From Rebecca billardiae RCC1528 (taxonomy: Eukaryota > Protista > Haptophyta): 64,000 nt of DNA. The position numbers and the translations under genes were made by a program. The notes below the pieces were generated by a model that worked only from the letters and a program-made list of their open reading frames with translations, made no database searches and was not told where the DNA came from. Within the stretch, counting starts at the first letter, position 1. Each line of letters starts with the position of its first letter. Below are positions 42,801 through 53,175 of the stretch, piece after piece. The stretch covers positions 1,116,001-1,180,000 of the forward strand of contig OZ251222.1 of NCBI GenBank assembly GCA_965240325.2, read 5' to 3'.

Positions 42801-45623
42801 TCGGCCGAGCAGGCGGACGTTCGGGACTCGGAGGCGCTGCGCGCGTGGATGCAGCGCGGCATCGCGCGCTCGGTCGGCGTGGAGCAGGGCCGCTCGCACC
42901 GCTCGGCGCGCGAGGCGGTGATGCTCGTGCTACGCGAGGACGCGCGCGCCACGCCCGAGCACGGCACCGAGCTCACGCTGCTCGCGCTGCGTGCGCTGCA
43001 GGAGTTCGGCGCGCTCAGCTGCGCGACGCTGCTCGTCATTCGTCAGCAGGCGCGGCAGACGCGCGCGCGCGTGCGCCCGTCCCGCGAGCTTGGCGAGGGG
43101 TCGGCCGGCGCGGAGGGCGACCCCGCGGCGCGGAGCGAGCTGGACGACGGCGCGAGCGACATCGGCGCCGACGCGGACAGCGGGCGCAACACCGCGCGCG
43201 CCACAGACGTCGCGCCCTCGCCCACGCTCGCGCTCGCTGCCTCGCTCGGCATCAAGCCGTCCGGCGGTGCGCTCGTGCTGACAGACGATGACTTTGACTC
43301 TGGCGCGGGCGGCTCGATCGCCGAGCTCATCCAGGCGTTCAACCGCACGCAGGCGGGGGGCGTGCGGCTCGTGCTGCCCTCCGGCTGCCCGCGCCTTCTC
43401 GAGCGGCTGGCGCGCACGTGGCCCAAGCTGTTCCGTGAGAAGATCGCCGAGGTCGTCGGGTTGGTCGAGGCGGGCGCGGACGCGCCACTGAACATGCGTC
43501 AGTCGCGCGTCACACCGGTCGACACGCCGACCGCCGCGTCCCGCGCGCGCCCGACCAGGCTCGCCAAGGAGCCGAGCCACACGCAGATGCACATGTCGGC
43601 GGACCACGCGGACGTGGTCAAGCGGCTCCGCGCGTTCTACGCCACGCTGCCGACCAGCCCACTGCGCAAGTCCCGCCGCTCGACGCGCAGCGTGCCGGGC
43701 GAGCTGCGCTCGCCGCGGCGCGCGAGTCGCTTCCTCGAAGACGTGACGACCGCGCGCGTGAGCTGCGCGTCGAGCAGCGGGCTGCAGTCCATGTCGACGT
43801 TCACGACGCAGACGTTCGGCGGCAGCCTGCCCAGCCTGCAGACCAGCGACAGCCCGCGGCAGACGACCGACAGTGCGCCGCACTCGGCGCGAGAGGCGCG
43901 AGCCAGCCGGCAGGCGCGCTGGGGCGTGGGCGAGACGCAGGCTCGCACCGCGCCGCGCGCGCCCGAGCGCCCTCTCACGCTCGCCGACGAGGTGGAGCAG
44001 GACGCGCAAGGGTCGCGCGTGGGCAGCATGAACGCTCGCCAGACCGCGTGGACGCCTCCGGGCGCAAGCGCGCGCCCGTCCGGGCTCCGCGGGACCCGCG
44101 CCGGCGCGGGCGGGCGGCTGAGCGGCGGCGGCATGCGCATGAGTGGCCGCATCAGCGGGTACGGCTTCGGCAGCGCGCTGCCGCGGATCAGCAGCGCAGG
44201 CGGCTCGGCGCAGTGGACCGACGCGAGCGTGGAGGCTCGGAACATGCTGCGCGCCAGCCGCTTCAGCCGCGCGTCCGGCCGCGCGAGCCGCGTCTCCAAC
44301 GACACGGCAACCACCTCGCTCCCAACCGTGACCTCTCCGGAAAACATCGCCGCGCGCGAGCTCGGACATGTCTCGGAGATTGTGCAGCCGACGATCGTGG
44401 AGGGCGGCTCGACCGGCGAGCTGCGCGCGGAGGGTGGCTCGGCGGCCGACGCGCTCCCCGAGGGCCTCCCGGACGTGCGCATCGTGCACACGCCGACCGT
44501 GACGAACACGCCGGCCGAGACGCCGCCGCTCTCTCCCCTGAGCGGCGCAGAGCTGCCCGCTCGCGCCCCGCCGCCTCCGAATGGCGTCAGCGCTCAGCTC
44601 ACCGAGGCTGCGCTGCGCCACTACCAGCAGGGCCCGCGCCCGGTCCTGCCCGGCCGCGAGGCGCAGATGCTCCGGATCGTGCCCGCGCCGCCGACCGCCT
44701 ACCCGGCGCATCACGGCAGCCAGATCGCACGCCAGTGCTACCACCTGGGTGTGCCCGTGCTCGCGACGCCCGGCGCGCTCGTGCGCGCGTGCGCGCTGCC
44801 GCGCTCGGTGGTCGACGCACTGAGCCAGCTCTCCGGCGACTTTGGGCGGCAGCTGCACGAGAGCGTGCGCGCGCCGATCGAGGCGTGCGTGCGCGCCGCG
44901 AGCGGCGCCGACGAGCGGCGGCACGAGAGCCTCGTCGCGGTCTCGCGCGGCTGGGTCGAGGAGGAGTATGGGACGAGCCAGCGGCCCGAGCCGCCGCCGC
45001 CGGGCGAGGTTGCGGAGACCGCGCGCAGCTTCAGCCACGTGCGCTCGGGCCGATGGACGTCGCAGCGCAACTCGCGCCGGAATTCGGACGGGCAGGAGCG
45101 GCTGGGCGTGGGCAGCTTCATGCGCCGCCAATCGGACGGCCGCTGCGTCGAGGCCCCGCCGCCGGTCGGCAAGATCGACGAGGGGGACGAGGCACAGGAG
45201 GACGAGGGCGGCGCGGCGCGCACCGCGCACTCGCAGGCGTGGGCCTCCGTCCGCGCCGTGCCCGCGTACGGTCCCGTGTGCCTCCTGGCCGTCGCGCAGC
45301 GCAGCTGCGGCCGCCTGTTCTTCCAGCAGCAACGGGTCGCCAAGGTGCGCGGCACCGTGCACTTCCGCCTCGGCCCCGAGCCGATGATCGACTCGTCGGA
45401 CGTGGTGGCGGTGCTGGCGCACCTCTGCCTCAAGGGCGCGACGCTGAACGCGCACGCGCTCACCGCCGAGGCGCCGCCCCCGACGGCCACCGGCGCGTTC
45501 GCGTCGGGCATCGACTGCGCCGGCGTCGGCTGGGTGCCCCTTGCGGACACGGTGCCCGTGTGGCTCAGCGCGGTGGCGCCCGGGCGGCGCTCGTCGGTGA
45601 TCTCGCTTGCCGGCACGTACTAA
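39822..45623 (+). CDS. Receptor-like protein: signal peptide + ANF-receptor/Venus-flytrap domain + TM + nucleoside-hydrolase-like domain + degenerate second copy; exons 39822-41476, 41595-42341, 42521-45623 (1834 aa)
   Basis: AIVGASRS, SPRSTSAALSD..PYFARTVPSD, GWRSIG, FEGLSGRVAFD; TM ~41212-41285; IISDAGEDLDDEMAL, VANLTP (across intron), VVMGG, HNNTFD, FNLYD (across intron). Confidence 0.85.
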
Positions 45624-45782
45624 CGGGCTACTCTTGAACATGAAAAGCCGCCTCACTCACTCACACTGCTGGCAACACTCGTTCGACAGCGGTTCGTGTC
45701 AGTCGTCGCTCGCCGGCGGCACGTATCTCCTTGTTGGCCTTATTGGGGAAGCAGATACAGCTATAGTAGATGATATTATTTA

Positions 45783-46010
45783 TGGCCTGCTGCGGCCTGC
45801 ACGGGGCGGAGCCGCCGGCGGAGCGCGCGGACGGCGGAGCGTGGACTCACGCCGGGGGCCCTCCGGGGGCCCTCACTACGGTAGTGACTACGCGTTGTCA
45901 TCAATATAATGAAAATAAGGTCTTTTTATATCATCGTCAAAGAATAAAAGGGGACGGGGGATTTTGAGGCGGGCTGTTGAAGTGAGTTTCTGATTTTTCG
46001 AGCAGGGGTA
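45783..46010 (+). mobile_element. Degenerate family X left end
   Basis: Colinear with 25086-25240 but interrupted by many short insertions. Confidence 0.65.
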
Positions 46011-46118
46011 TCATGTACGTACATTGTATATGATTGAAGGCGCGTCCGGACGTGAGTAATAACTAACCGGTGGCCGTCAAATTATCAGTATATCTGGGTG
46101 CTGATGAACGAATCTGCT

Positions 46119-49100
46119 CACAGTGGCACCGGAAGGGACGATGTTGCGGATAAGCCTTTTCGTCGCCCCGGCGCTCCCCCAGTGGGAAAAATGATTTTCC
46201 GTGGTTTTCACGATGGCCGCTGTCCAACCTGGCCTCGGCCGGCGGACGCCTCTCGAACGGACTTCGCTGGCTCGCGCGAAGTCGCCGTCGACGGTGTGGT
46301 GCGAGTCGCGCGACGGCCCGCGCGCGATGAGGAGTCCGCCGCGCGCCGTGCGCGCCTACCACAAGCCCTGCCCCTCCACCCCGCCCAAATCGCCCGCGCA
46401 GAGTGCCACCTCTCTCGACTCGCTCAGGTCACATGCCCGCCTCGGGCACGGACGGGCGTGCTCAAACACGGTGCACGACTTTGGGCAGGCGGGGCTCGTG
46501 AACCTAATAAGTCATTGTCTGGCGAGACGCTGCACGATGGGCGGGGTGCCCCTGGTCTATACGGATATGCCATGGACGTACAGGGTTTCGGACCTCCTCA
46601 TCATGTGAGCTGGCCACGATGCCCGGCGGCACGTCCTCGGTCGTGCCCGCTGGCAGCTGCTCCCGCGACCCGCGCGCACAGCTGCGTGTGATTCATCGCG
46701 CGGACACCTGCGCGATCGCGTGTCTGGCGCATGCCTACACCAGTGGGTCTCTCTGCAGGGCCGTTGCGTTCCGGTACGGTCACCCGCTGGCGCAGCAGGG
46801 CCGCTTTTCAGGTGTCGATGGCTCCGATCGGCACGGCGCGAGCGACTCTCCACGACTTTGGGCAGCCCTTGCCGACGAAGCCAATACGAGTGTACCTGAC
46901 CGCGCGCGCGCTGATGATAGCGGGTGTGATGCTGCACGGCGTCGCAGCGGGCTGCCACGCCTGGAGCATCCTGCGGCACGTTCCAACCGGATGCGCGCGC
47001 TGCGGCATGCGCTCACGTGTGCGCGAGCACGCCCACCACACCTGCCTGCGCGACGCGCGCGCAGGCGATACCGATGCTTCCAGTGGGCAAGGGGGCGATC
47101 GTGTGGACGCGGCAAGATGTCTGTGCCTACGAGCCTCTCGTGGCGCCCACGATACATCCGTTTGGCAGACCGTCGAGCAGCAGTGTGATCGCAGCAGGTG
47201 CTTTGCGTTTGCTCGGTGACGACGCAGTACGACCGCCAATCTGAGCTCAAGCACTGCTGTGGTCGACGAGCTGCGCGGCGAAGCGTGCGCGCGAGCCACG
47301 CGTGTGCTTGCATTGGCCTGTGACTCAACGACTTCGAGCGGGTGGCTTGGAACGCGCTTTCTGTATCCGCTGCGGCCACGCGCAGGTCGGCGCATCGCTT
47401 CGGGGCGCGAGGAGCTGTGATCTCGACAAACAAGCGAGCTGCCTGCCCACTGCACGCCCGCGCTCGCGCCAACGGCTGCTGCCGCTCACCAGCCCGGCCA
47501 GTTGGCAGTTCGGGCGGTAAGACCAGCCACTTGCCGCGCGTGGCCCATCATCGGCCGCCGCCCGTCTCATCAGCACCGCGCGGCCGCTCCGGTGCCGCGC
47601 CCCGGTGCCGGGCCGGTGCCGCGCGGCCCGGATACGTCAGCAGCGCCGGCTCGTCCGATGACTCACCGCTCGACGCCGACTGACAGTCGATCATCACTCT
47701 ACTGCTGGCGCTAGTCTCCGATCAGCAGTCGTCGTCCATCCGCGCTATATCTCATCATCACTACCGCCCGGCCGCCGCGGCCGATTCACTCATCGTAGTC
47801 TGCTGTCGTCCGCGGCGCGTCACTATACTGCGCTGCGATCGGAGACGCGCGGATTCATCGAGTCATCGACGACGGCGACCGTCAGACGACATCCGAGCGC
47901 GCGCGCGGCGCGCAGCCCGATATATATGCGCGCGGATATCGCCGGCGGCCGGCGGCGAGGCCGGCGGCGGGGCCGCCGCTCGGCCGCGCCACGCGCCCGC
48001 GCCGTATATCGTCAGAGTCGTACGACGCGACATATGAGCCCCCAGCACGGCGCGCCGGCCTCGACGACCGTATGTGATGGGCTGCTCATTGTCTGTTCCA
48101 CGTCCAGCTGCGCGACTCGTATGATGCGCGCCGGTCGCGGCCCACCCGAACGGCCGCGATGACGCTCCGGGCCGTCCGAGCCGTCAGACTCCGAGAGTAT
48201 AGTCGGTGGCACGGCATCCGCCTGCCGGCGCGCGCGGTATACCCAAATCAGTCTGCCCGGTGCGACTGCTGCTCCCTCTGCGGCAGTCGCCTGGATCGAT
48301 CATCGGGGCCGCCGCGCGCCGCCGCCCACGCTGCGCGGCGTGCAGCTGCACTCGCCGCCGCGCGCCGGGCTCAGCGCCACGCGTCAGCGTTCGCCGCCGA
48401 TGCCCACGCTGCGCGACGCGCACCTCGCACGGCTGTGGCGGCGCGGGCCGAGCCGCGCACGCGCACGCTCGCAGCCACCGCCCACGCTCTGCGGCGTGCA
48501 GCACTCGGCGCCGCCGCGCGCCGGGCTCGGCGCCGCGCGTCAGCATTCGCCGCCCAAAGGCCTTGAACACACGCCCAACCGATGCCGATGTTTGAAGCCG
48601 TCCCTAGGGCACCCTCGCCCGCGTCCCATCCCGGCCACGAGCTAGCGTGCCACCGAGCAGCGTCGCAGCCGCGCGGCGCGCGGCTCGGCTGCCCGCCCGG
48701 CCCGGGCGCTGCTGCGAGCTCGCACGCCCATCGCCGCGGGCTCGAGCGGAGCCCTCCGGCAGCGAGGCCTTGCATACACGCCCAGACGATGCCGATGCTT
48801 GCAATCATTCCTCCGACGCACTCGCCGGCGGCCGATCGCGGCCGTGAGCCAGCGTGCCACCGGCACGCTTGACGAGTGCGTCACGGCCGTCGACAAGCAC
48901 CAGTGCCCACTGCTCAGCACGCCGACATCCGTAGACCCAGATGCACTCCAGAAGAGCGACGCTCGGGGCGTCACGATAGACACAGACACCACTGGGACTG
49001 ATCCCCACCCATCTAGCTCCATCCTGCGCTTGCTAAGCCCTCGGAAGTGGTTGCACGCGCCTTGCGTGCAACATGTCGACCGCGAGTCGCGATCGCGCCT

Positions 49101-49300
49101 TGCGCACGGCGCCCAAGGACGGCTAAGACGGCGACGAAGTGGGTCTGGGCGGGCTTCCTCCGCCTGCCGGGACCCGTGCGCCTTGCCCCCGCGCACGAGC
49201 GCCGGCCGGCGACCGCTCACGTGGCCGTCAGAATTTTTCCGCGGCGGTCGCCGTGCGGGGACGGGTTATCCGCAATCGCCATCGTTCCGGTGCCACTGTG
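46119..49300. mobile_element. Degenerate putative TIR element
   Basis: cacagtggcaccggaa..ttgcggataa (46119-46153) is inverted relative to ttatccgcaa..ttccggtgccactgtg (49266-49300); internal direct repeats at 48310-48860; no transposase recognised. Confidence 0.45.
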
Positions 49301-49744
49301 CTGCGCCATTTGTTGTAAATATTCATACGACGCAGGGGGCTGGCCAGGGTAGGGCTGGAGGCTTCGGCCGCCAGTCTGATCACCCGGAGCCCGTTATAAA
49401 GGGGAATTTAAAAAAAAAAAAAAGTCACGAGATTGCGCAGCCGCCAGATAAGCGCGCAGCGAACCAAGGCTACCAGGCTCCTAACTTACATATGGGGGGG
49501 GGACAAAACTTAGTCGCCAGTCCGGGACCAAGGGCCTGGTCGCCAGTCCGTCCGGGCCACCAAGGGGAAGGGCCTAAGCGCAACGACCTTTTGAAACTTT
49601 GAAAGTGCATGTGCGCGCGCGGCGCGCTGTTCACCAGTAGTACCCCCATACGCTGCTGTTTTACAGCCGCCGTGCCGCCGTCGCTGGCGTAGAGCCGCGC
49701 GCGGCGCTGGCGCGCCAGACGCGCCCGGTTGGGCAGCGCAGGCA

Positions 49745-50028
49745 TCCTCAGTGGCCAGGGCGACGACTTCCTCAACGGCCAGGGCCGACGACTTCCTCAA
49801 CGGCAAGGGCGACGACTTCACCCACTCAGTCTCCAATCAGTACTTCGACAGACGAATCAGGAGAGCTGCGCCCTCGTGCCTGTGTCTTTAAATCATAGAA
49901 TTAGTAATGCGGACGCGCGGTAGCTTACTCATTCTATGATTTAACGACACAGGTAGGACGGCGCAGGTCTCCTGATTCGTCGTCGGCAGTGCCCGATCGT
50001 CGACACGAAGTCGGCGCTGGTGGCAGAG
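49745..50028. mobile_element. Two abutting family Y termini (right end 49852-49905, left end 49927-50028) preceded by a 24-bp repeat x3
   Basis: gacgaatcaggagagctgcgccctcgtgcctgtgtcttt..catagaattagt matches 15213-15268; the next 100 bp match 31088. Confidence 0.7.
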
Positions 50029-50799
50029 CATAGCCTGAACCGCGATCGAATGGCTTGAGCGCGGCCTTGAGCTGCTGGAGCGCGATCCACCTGCGCTGCG
50101 CGGCTCGCATGGACCTGCTGTGCCCCGAGCGAGGGCGAGGGTGCAGGTCCGGATTGTGCCCTGCGCGAGTAAGAAAACATCATGGTGCTGGAAACATACT
50201 TTAAAACTGGAAACCCACTATAACTGTCTGGCAGCGCCATCGTGCCGACGTGCCCACGGCCCACGTGCGCGAATTTGTGCGACATTCACAGACGAGGTCG
50301 CGGTCCCCGGCCGCTCCGACGCGCTCTTGACTTCCGCGTGGAACGTGCGGAGGTCAAGAACACATCCTACTCGTCGATGGTGCCGACCTCGCCGCCCTGA
50401 ATGTCGCACAAATTTGAGATTGGCACCTCGGGCGTGGGCCGCGACACGCATGCCAGGTCCGCGCGGCGCTCTGTGGGCAAGCGAGCCAAGGGGCGCAGCG
50501 AGTCCGGTGCGGCTGTCGTACGGGTCGATCGCGAGCGCCGAGTCGCAGCCGCGCGCGCGCCGCGCCGCTGGCGCCGGGTCGCCCGGGGGAGAAGGCGCCG
50601 CTGCAGCGCTCCTTCTGCCATCACGCGATCCGCCGGCAGGAAGACCTGACTTGCGCCATTGCGCCCAGTTTCCCAGAAGCGCTGAATGAAGCCGTCGCCG
50701 ATGCAAGCAAAGGGTCTGCAGCTGGACCGGTTGGTCGGAATCCTGAAGCAGGCAGCATCACTTTTGCTCGCGGCGCGCCGGCGGGCGGCGGCCCACACA

Positions 50800-52602
50800 A
50801 TGCGCGGCGTATCCGCGCCCTGCGCTGCGGGGGTGCTCGCAACCCTCGGAGTTATCGCCGTCTTCGTCGCCCGCGCGCCGCCGCCGTCTTCGCTGCCCGC
50901 CCTCGCCGCCTCGCCCGCCTCGGCAGCTTCGGGCGCCGCCAGTGCCGGCGTCGTGCACACGGCGTGCGGCGCCATGCAGGGCGCGCGGCTGGAAGGGGCG
51001 GAGCGCGTGTGGGCGTGGCGCGGCATCACGTACGCGCACGCCGAGCGCTGGGCGCCGCCGACGCCGAGCGCGTGCGACCCCGCCGCCGCGCTGGACGCGC
51101 GCGCGTGCGCAGCTGACTGCGTCCACATCGACCCGTTTGGCGGCGGCGGCATGGTGGGCGAGGAGGCGTGCCTCACGCTGACCGTGCTGGCGCACGAGGA
51201 CGCGCTCGCGCCGGGCGCGCCGCCGCTCCCCATCCTCTTCGCCCCGTCAAACGGCGGGCTCGCCCACGGCTCGGCGTGCGACTCGACCTTCTACGGCGCG
51301 CCGCTCGTGCACTGGGCGGCGGAGGCGCGCGCCGTCGTCGTGCTCGCCGCGTTCCGGCTCGGGCCGCTCGGCTTCCTGTACCTCGAGGCGGAGGGGGCGG
51401 AGGGCGAGGGGGCGGCGGACGCGGGGCTGCCGCGCGGCACCGCGAATAACGGGCTGCGCGACGTGGTCGAGGCGCTGCGCTGGGTGCGCGCGCACGGCCG
51501 CGCGTTCGGAGGCGACATTGCGAGCGTGACCGTCGTCGGCCAATCATCTGGCGGCACCGTCGGCGCCGCGCTGCTGATGAGCCCGCTGGCGTCGGGGCTG
51601 TTCCACCGCGCGTGGCTCTCGTCGCCCTCCGTCGCCTTCGGCACGCGCCGCGAGGCGAGCGCGGGCTGGTGGCGCGCCCTCGGCGTGGGCGAGTCTGCCG
51701 CCGCGTGGCGAGCCGCCAACTGCTCCACTGACGCGCGCGCCGTCGCGCGCTGCCTGCGCGAGCTGCCGGCGCGCGACGTGTACCTGGCGTTCGACGCGTA
51801 CGCGGTGCAGGGGGAGAGCCAGTTCGAGGTGCCCACGCGCCCGACCGCCGCCGGGCCCAACATCTTCCCCGTCTTCGCCGACGGCGAGGTCATCGCGCTC
51901 TCGCCCTCGCGCGTGCGCGACGCGCCGCCATCCCTTCTCGCCCAGCTGCCCGCCGCGCGCGCGGGTGCGGTCGTGGGCGCGGCGCGCGAGGAGATCGAGG
52001 TGCTCTACCCCGGGCCGCCGCCGTCGCTGCAGCCGTTCGACGAGGCGCACGTGCGCGCCTGGGCGGCCGCGCTCGCGCCCGAGGACGCCGGCCTCGGCGC
52101 GCGCGTGTGGCGCGCATACGAGCCCACAGCCGACACGGCCGCGCCGCAGCGGCTGCTGCAGCTCGGCTCTGACCTGCGCTTCGTGTGCGCCGCGCGCCAG
52201 TTCGCGCTCGACCTGGCCGCGGCGCGGCGGGCGGGGCAGGAGGCGGCGCCGGTGTACTCGTACGTGCTCACGCACGCGCTCGCCTCGCCGCTGCCGCCCC
52301 TGGCGCCGCCGCCCGCACCCCCGCTCTCGCACGCCTTCCACGGGCTCGATTACTACGTCCTGCTCGGGAACGCGATGGGCGCGCCGCTCGGCCGCGCGGA
52401 CGAGGAGGTGGGCAGCCGGCTGCGCGGCGCGTTCGTCGCGTTCGTGACGAGCGGGAGCGTGCCCAGCTGGGCGCAGGCGGCGGACAACGCCACGTGCGAC
52501 GTCGGCACGCTCGCGGACGCGTGCTCGGCCTCGGTCAAGGCGGCCGAGTGCGCCGCGATCCGCGAGGGCGGCGCGGCGGACGCGTGGGCGTGCGCGTTCT
52601 GA
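50800..52602 (+). CDS. Type-B carboxylesterase (COesterase family), secreted or signal-anchored
   Basis: EACLTL, FRLGPLGFL, NNGLRDVVEALRWVR, nucleophile GQSSGG, HAFHGLD; hydrophobic segment after ATG 50800 (ORF opens at 50686). Confidence 0.9.
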   Translation: MRGVSAPCAAGVLATLGVIAVFVARAPPPSSLPALAASPASAASGAASAGVVHTACGAMQGARLEGAERVWAWRGITYAHAERWAPPTPSACDPAAALDARACAADCVHIDPFGGGGMVGEEACLTLTVLAHEDALAPGAPPLPILFAPSNGGLAHGSACDSTFYGAPLVHWAAEARAVVVLAAFRLGPLGFLYLEAEGAEGEGAADAGLPRGTANNGLRDVVEALRWVRAHGRAFGGDIASVTVVGQSSGGTVGAALLMSPLASGLFHRAWLSSPSVAFGTRREASAGWWRALGVGESAAAWRAANCSTDARAVARCLRELPARDVYLAFDAYAVQGESQFEVPTRPTAAGPNIFPVFADGEVIALSPSRVRDAPPSLLAQLPAARAGAVVGAAREEIEVLYPGPPPSLQPFDEAHVRAWAAALAPEDAGLGARVWRAYEPTADTAAPQRLLQLGSDLRFVCAARQFALDLAAARRAGQEAAPVYSYVLTHALASPLPPLAPPPAPPLSHAFHGLDYYVLLGNAMGAPLGRADEEVGSRLRGAFVAFVTSGSVPSWAQAADNATCDVGTLADACSASVKAAECAAIREGGAADAWACAF

Positions 52603-52644
52603 ATGAAGGGTGCCTGGCACGATTATGAGGTCACTCAGATGTCG

Positions 52645-52702
52645 TGGCCACCGCACACTGCGGCACACTTCATAGCATCGGGTGTGCCGTGTGCGGTGGC
52701 CA
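52645..52702. repeat. Imperfect hairpin downstream of the esterase stop codon
   Basis: tggccaccgcacac(tg)cggcacac ... gtgtgccgtgtgcggtggcca. Confidence 0.6.
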
Positions 52703-53175
52703 TTTCGGCCCTGCAGTCGGTGTGAGAAAGTGTGACGATGAATCGGTCGTGGCTAGCTGGCCGAGCTAGGCGCGGCCTTCCCCCCGCATAAAGGAGGGGT
52801 GCACCACCACTGGGGCTGCACCACTCCGGATGATATTACAAAATACGACAGATGAAAGGAGGGTGGCCCCCCCGTACTGCTCATTAATTCTTAATTAATT
52901 AACGATACACTATCCGATGCTGACAATGTAATTTAATGTACTCATCAATTTGGTCAGCCCCTTGCACTCCGCCCTGCGCAAACGCGGCGCCCGCGCGAAG
53001 GTCCTCGACGCCCAACTGAGACCTGCACCTGTAACACGTTGATGGGATCTACACCGATCCCTTGTCCGATCTCGACTTTCGGCATCTATTTCTGCGCCTC
53101 TTGGGCGGCGTCTCGATCGGCCCCGGCGAGGACCGTGCGGACAAGCGTGCCAACGGCTCACACGCGCGCGTACGC

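Noticed and set aside
42930-45656. 908-aa antisense ORF and similar long shadow ORFs elsewhere
   Set aside because: Expected by-product of high GC3 on the coding strand; no domains.
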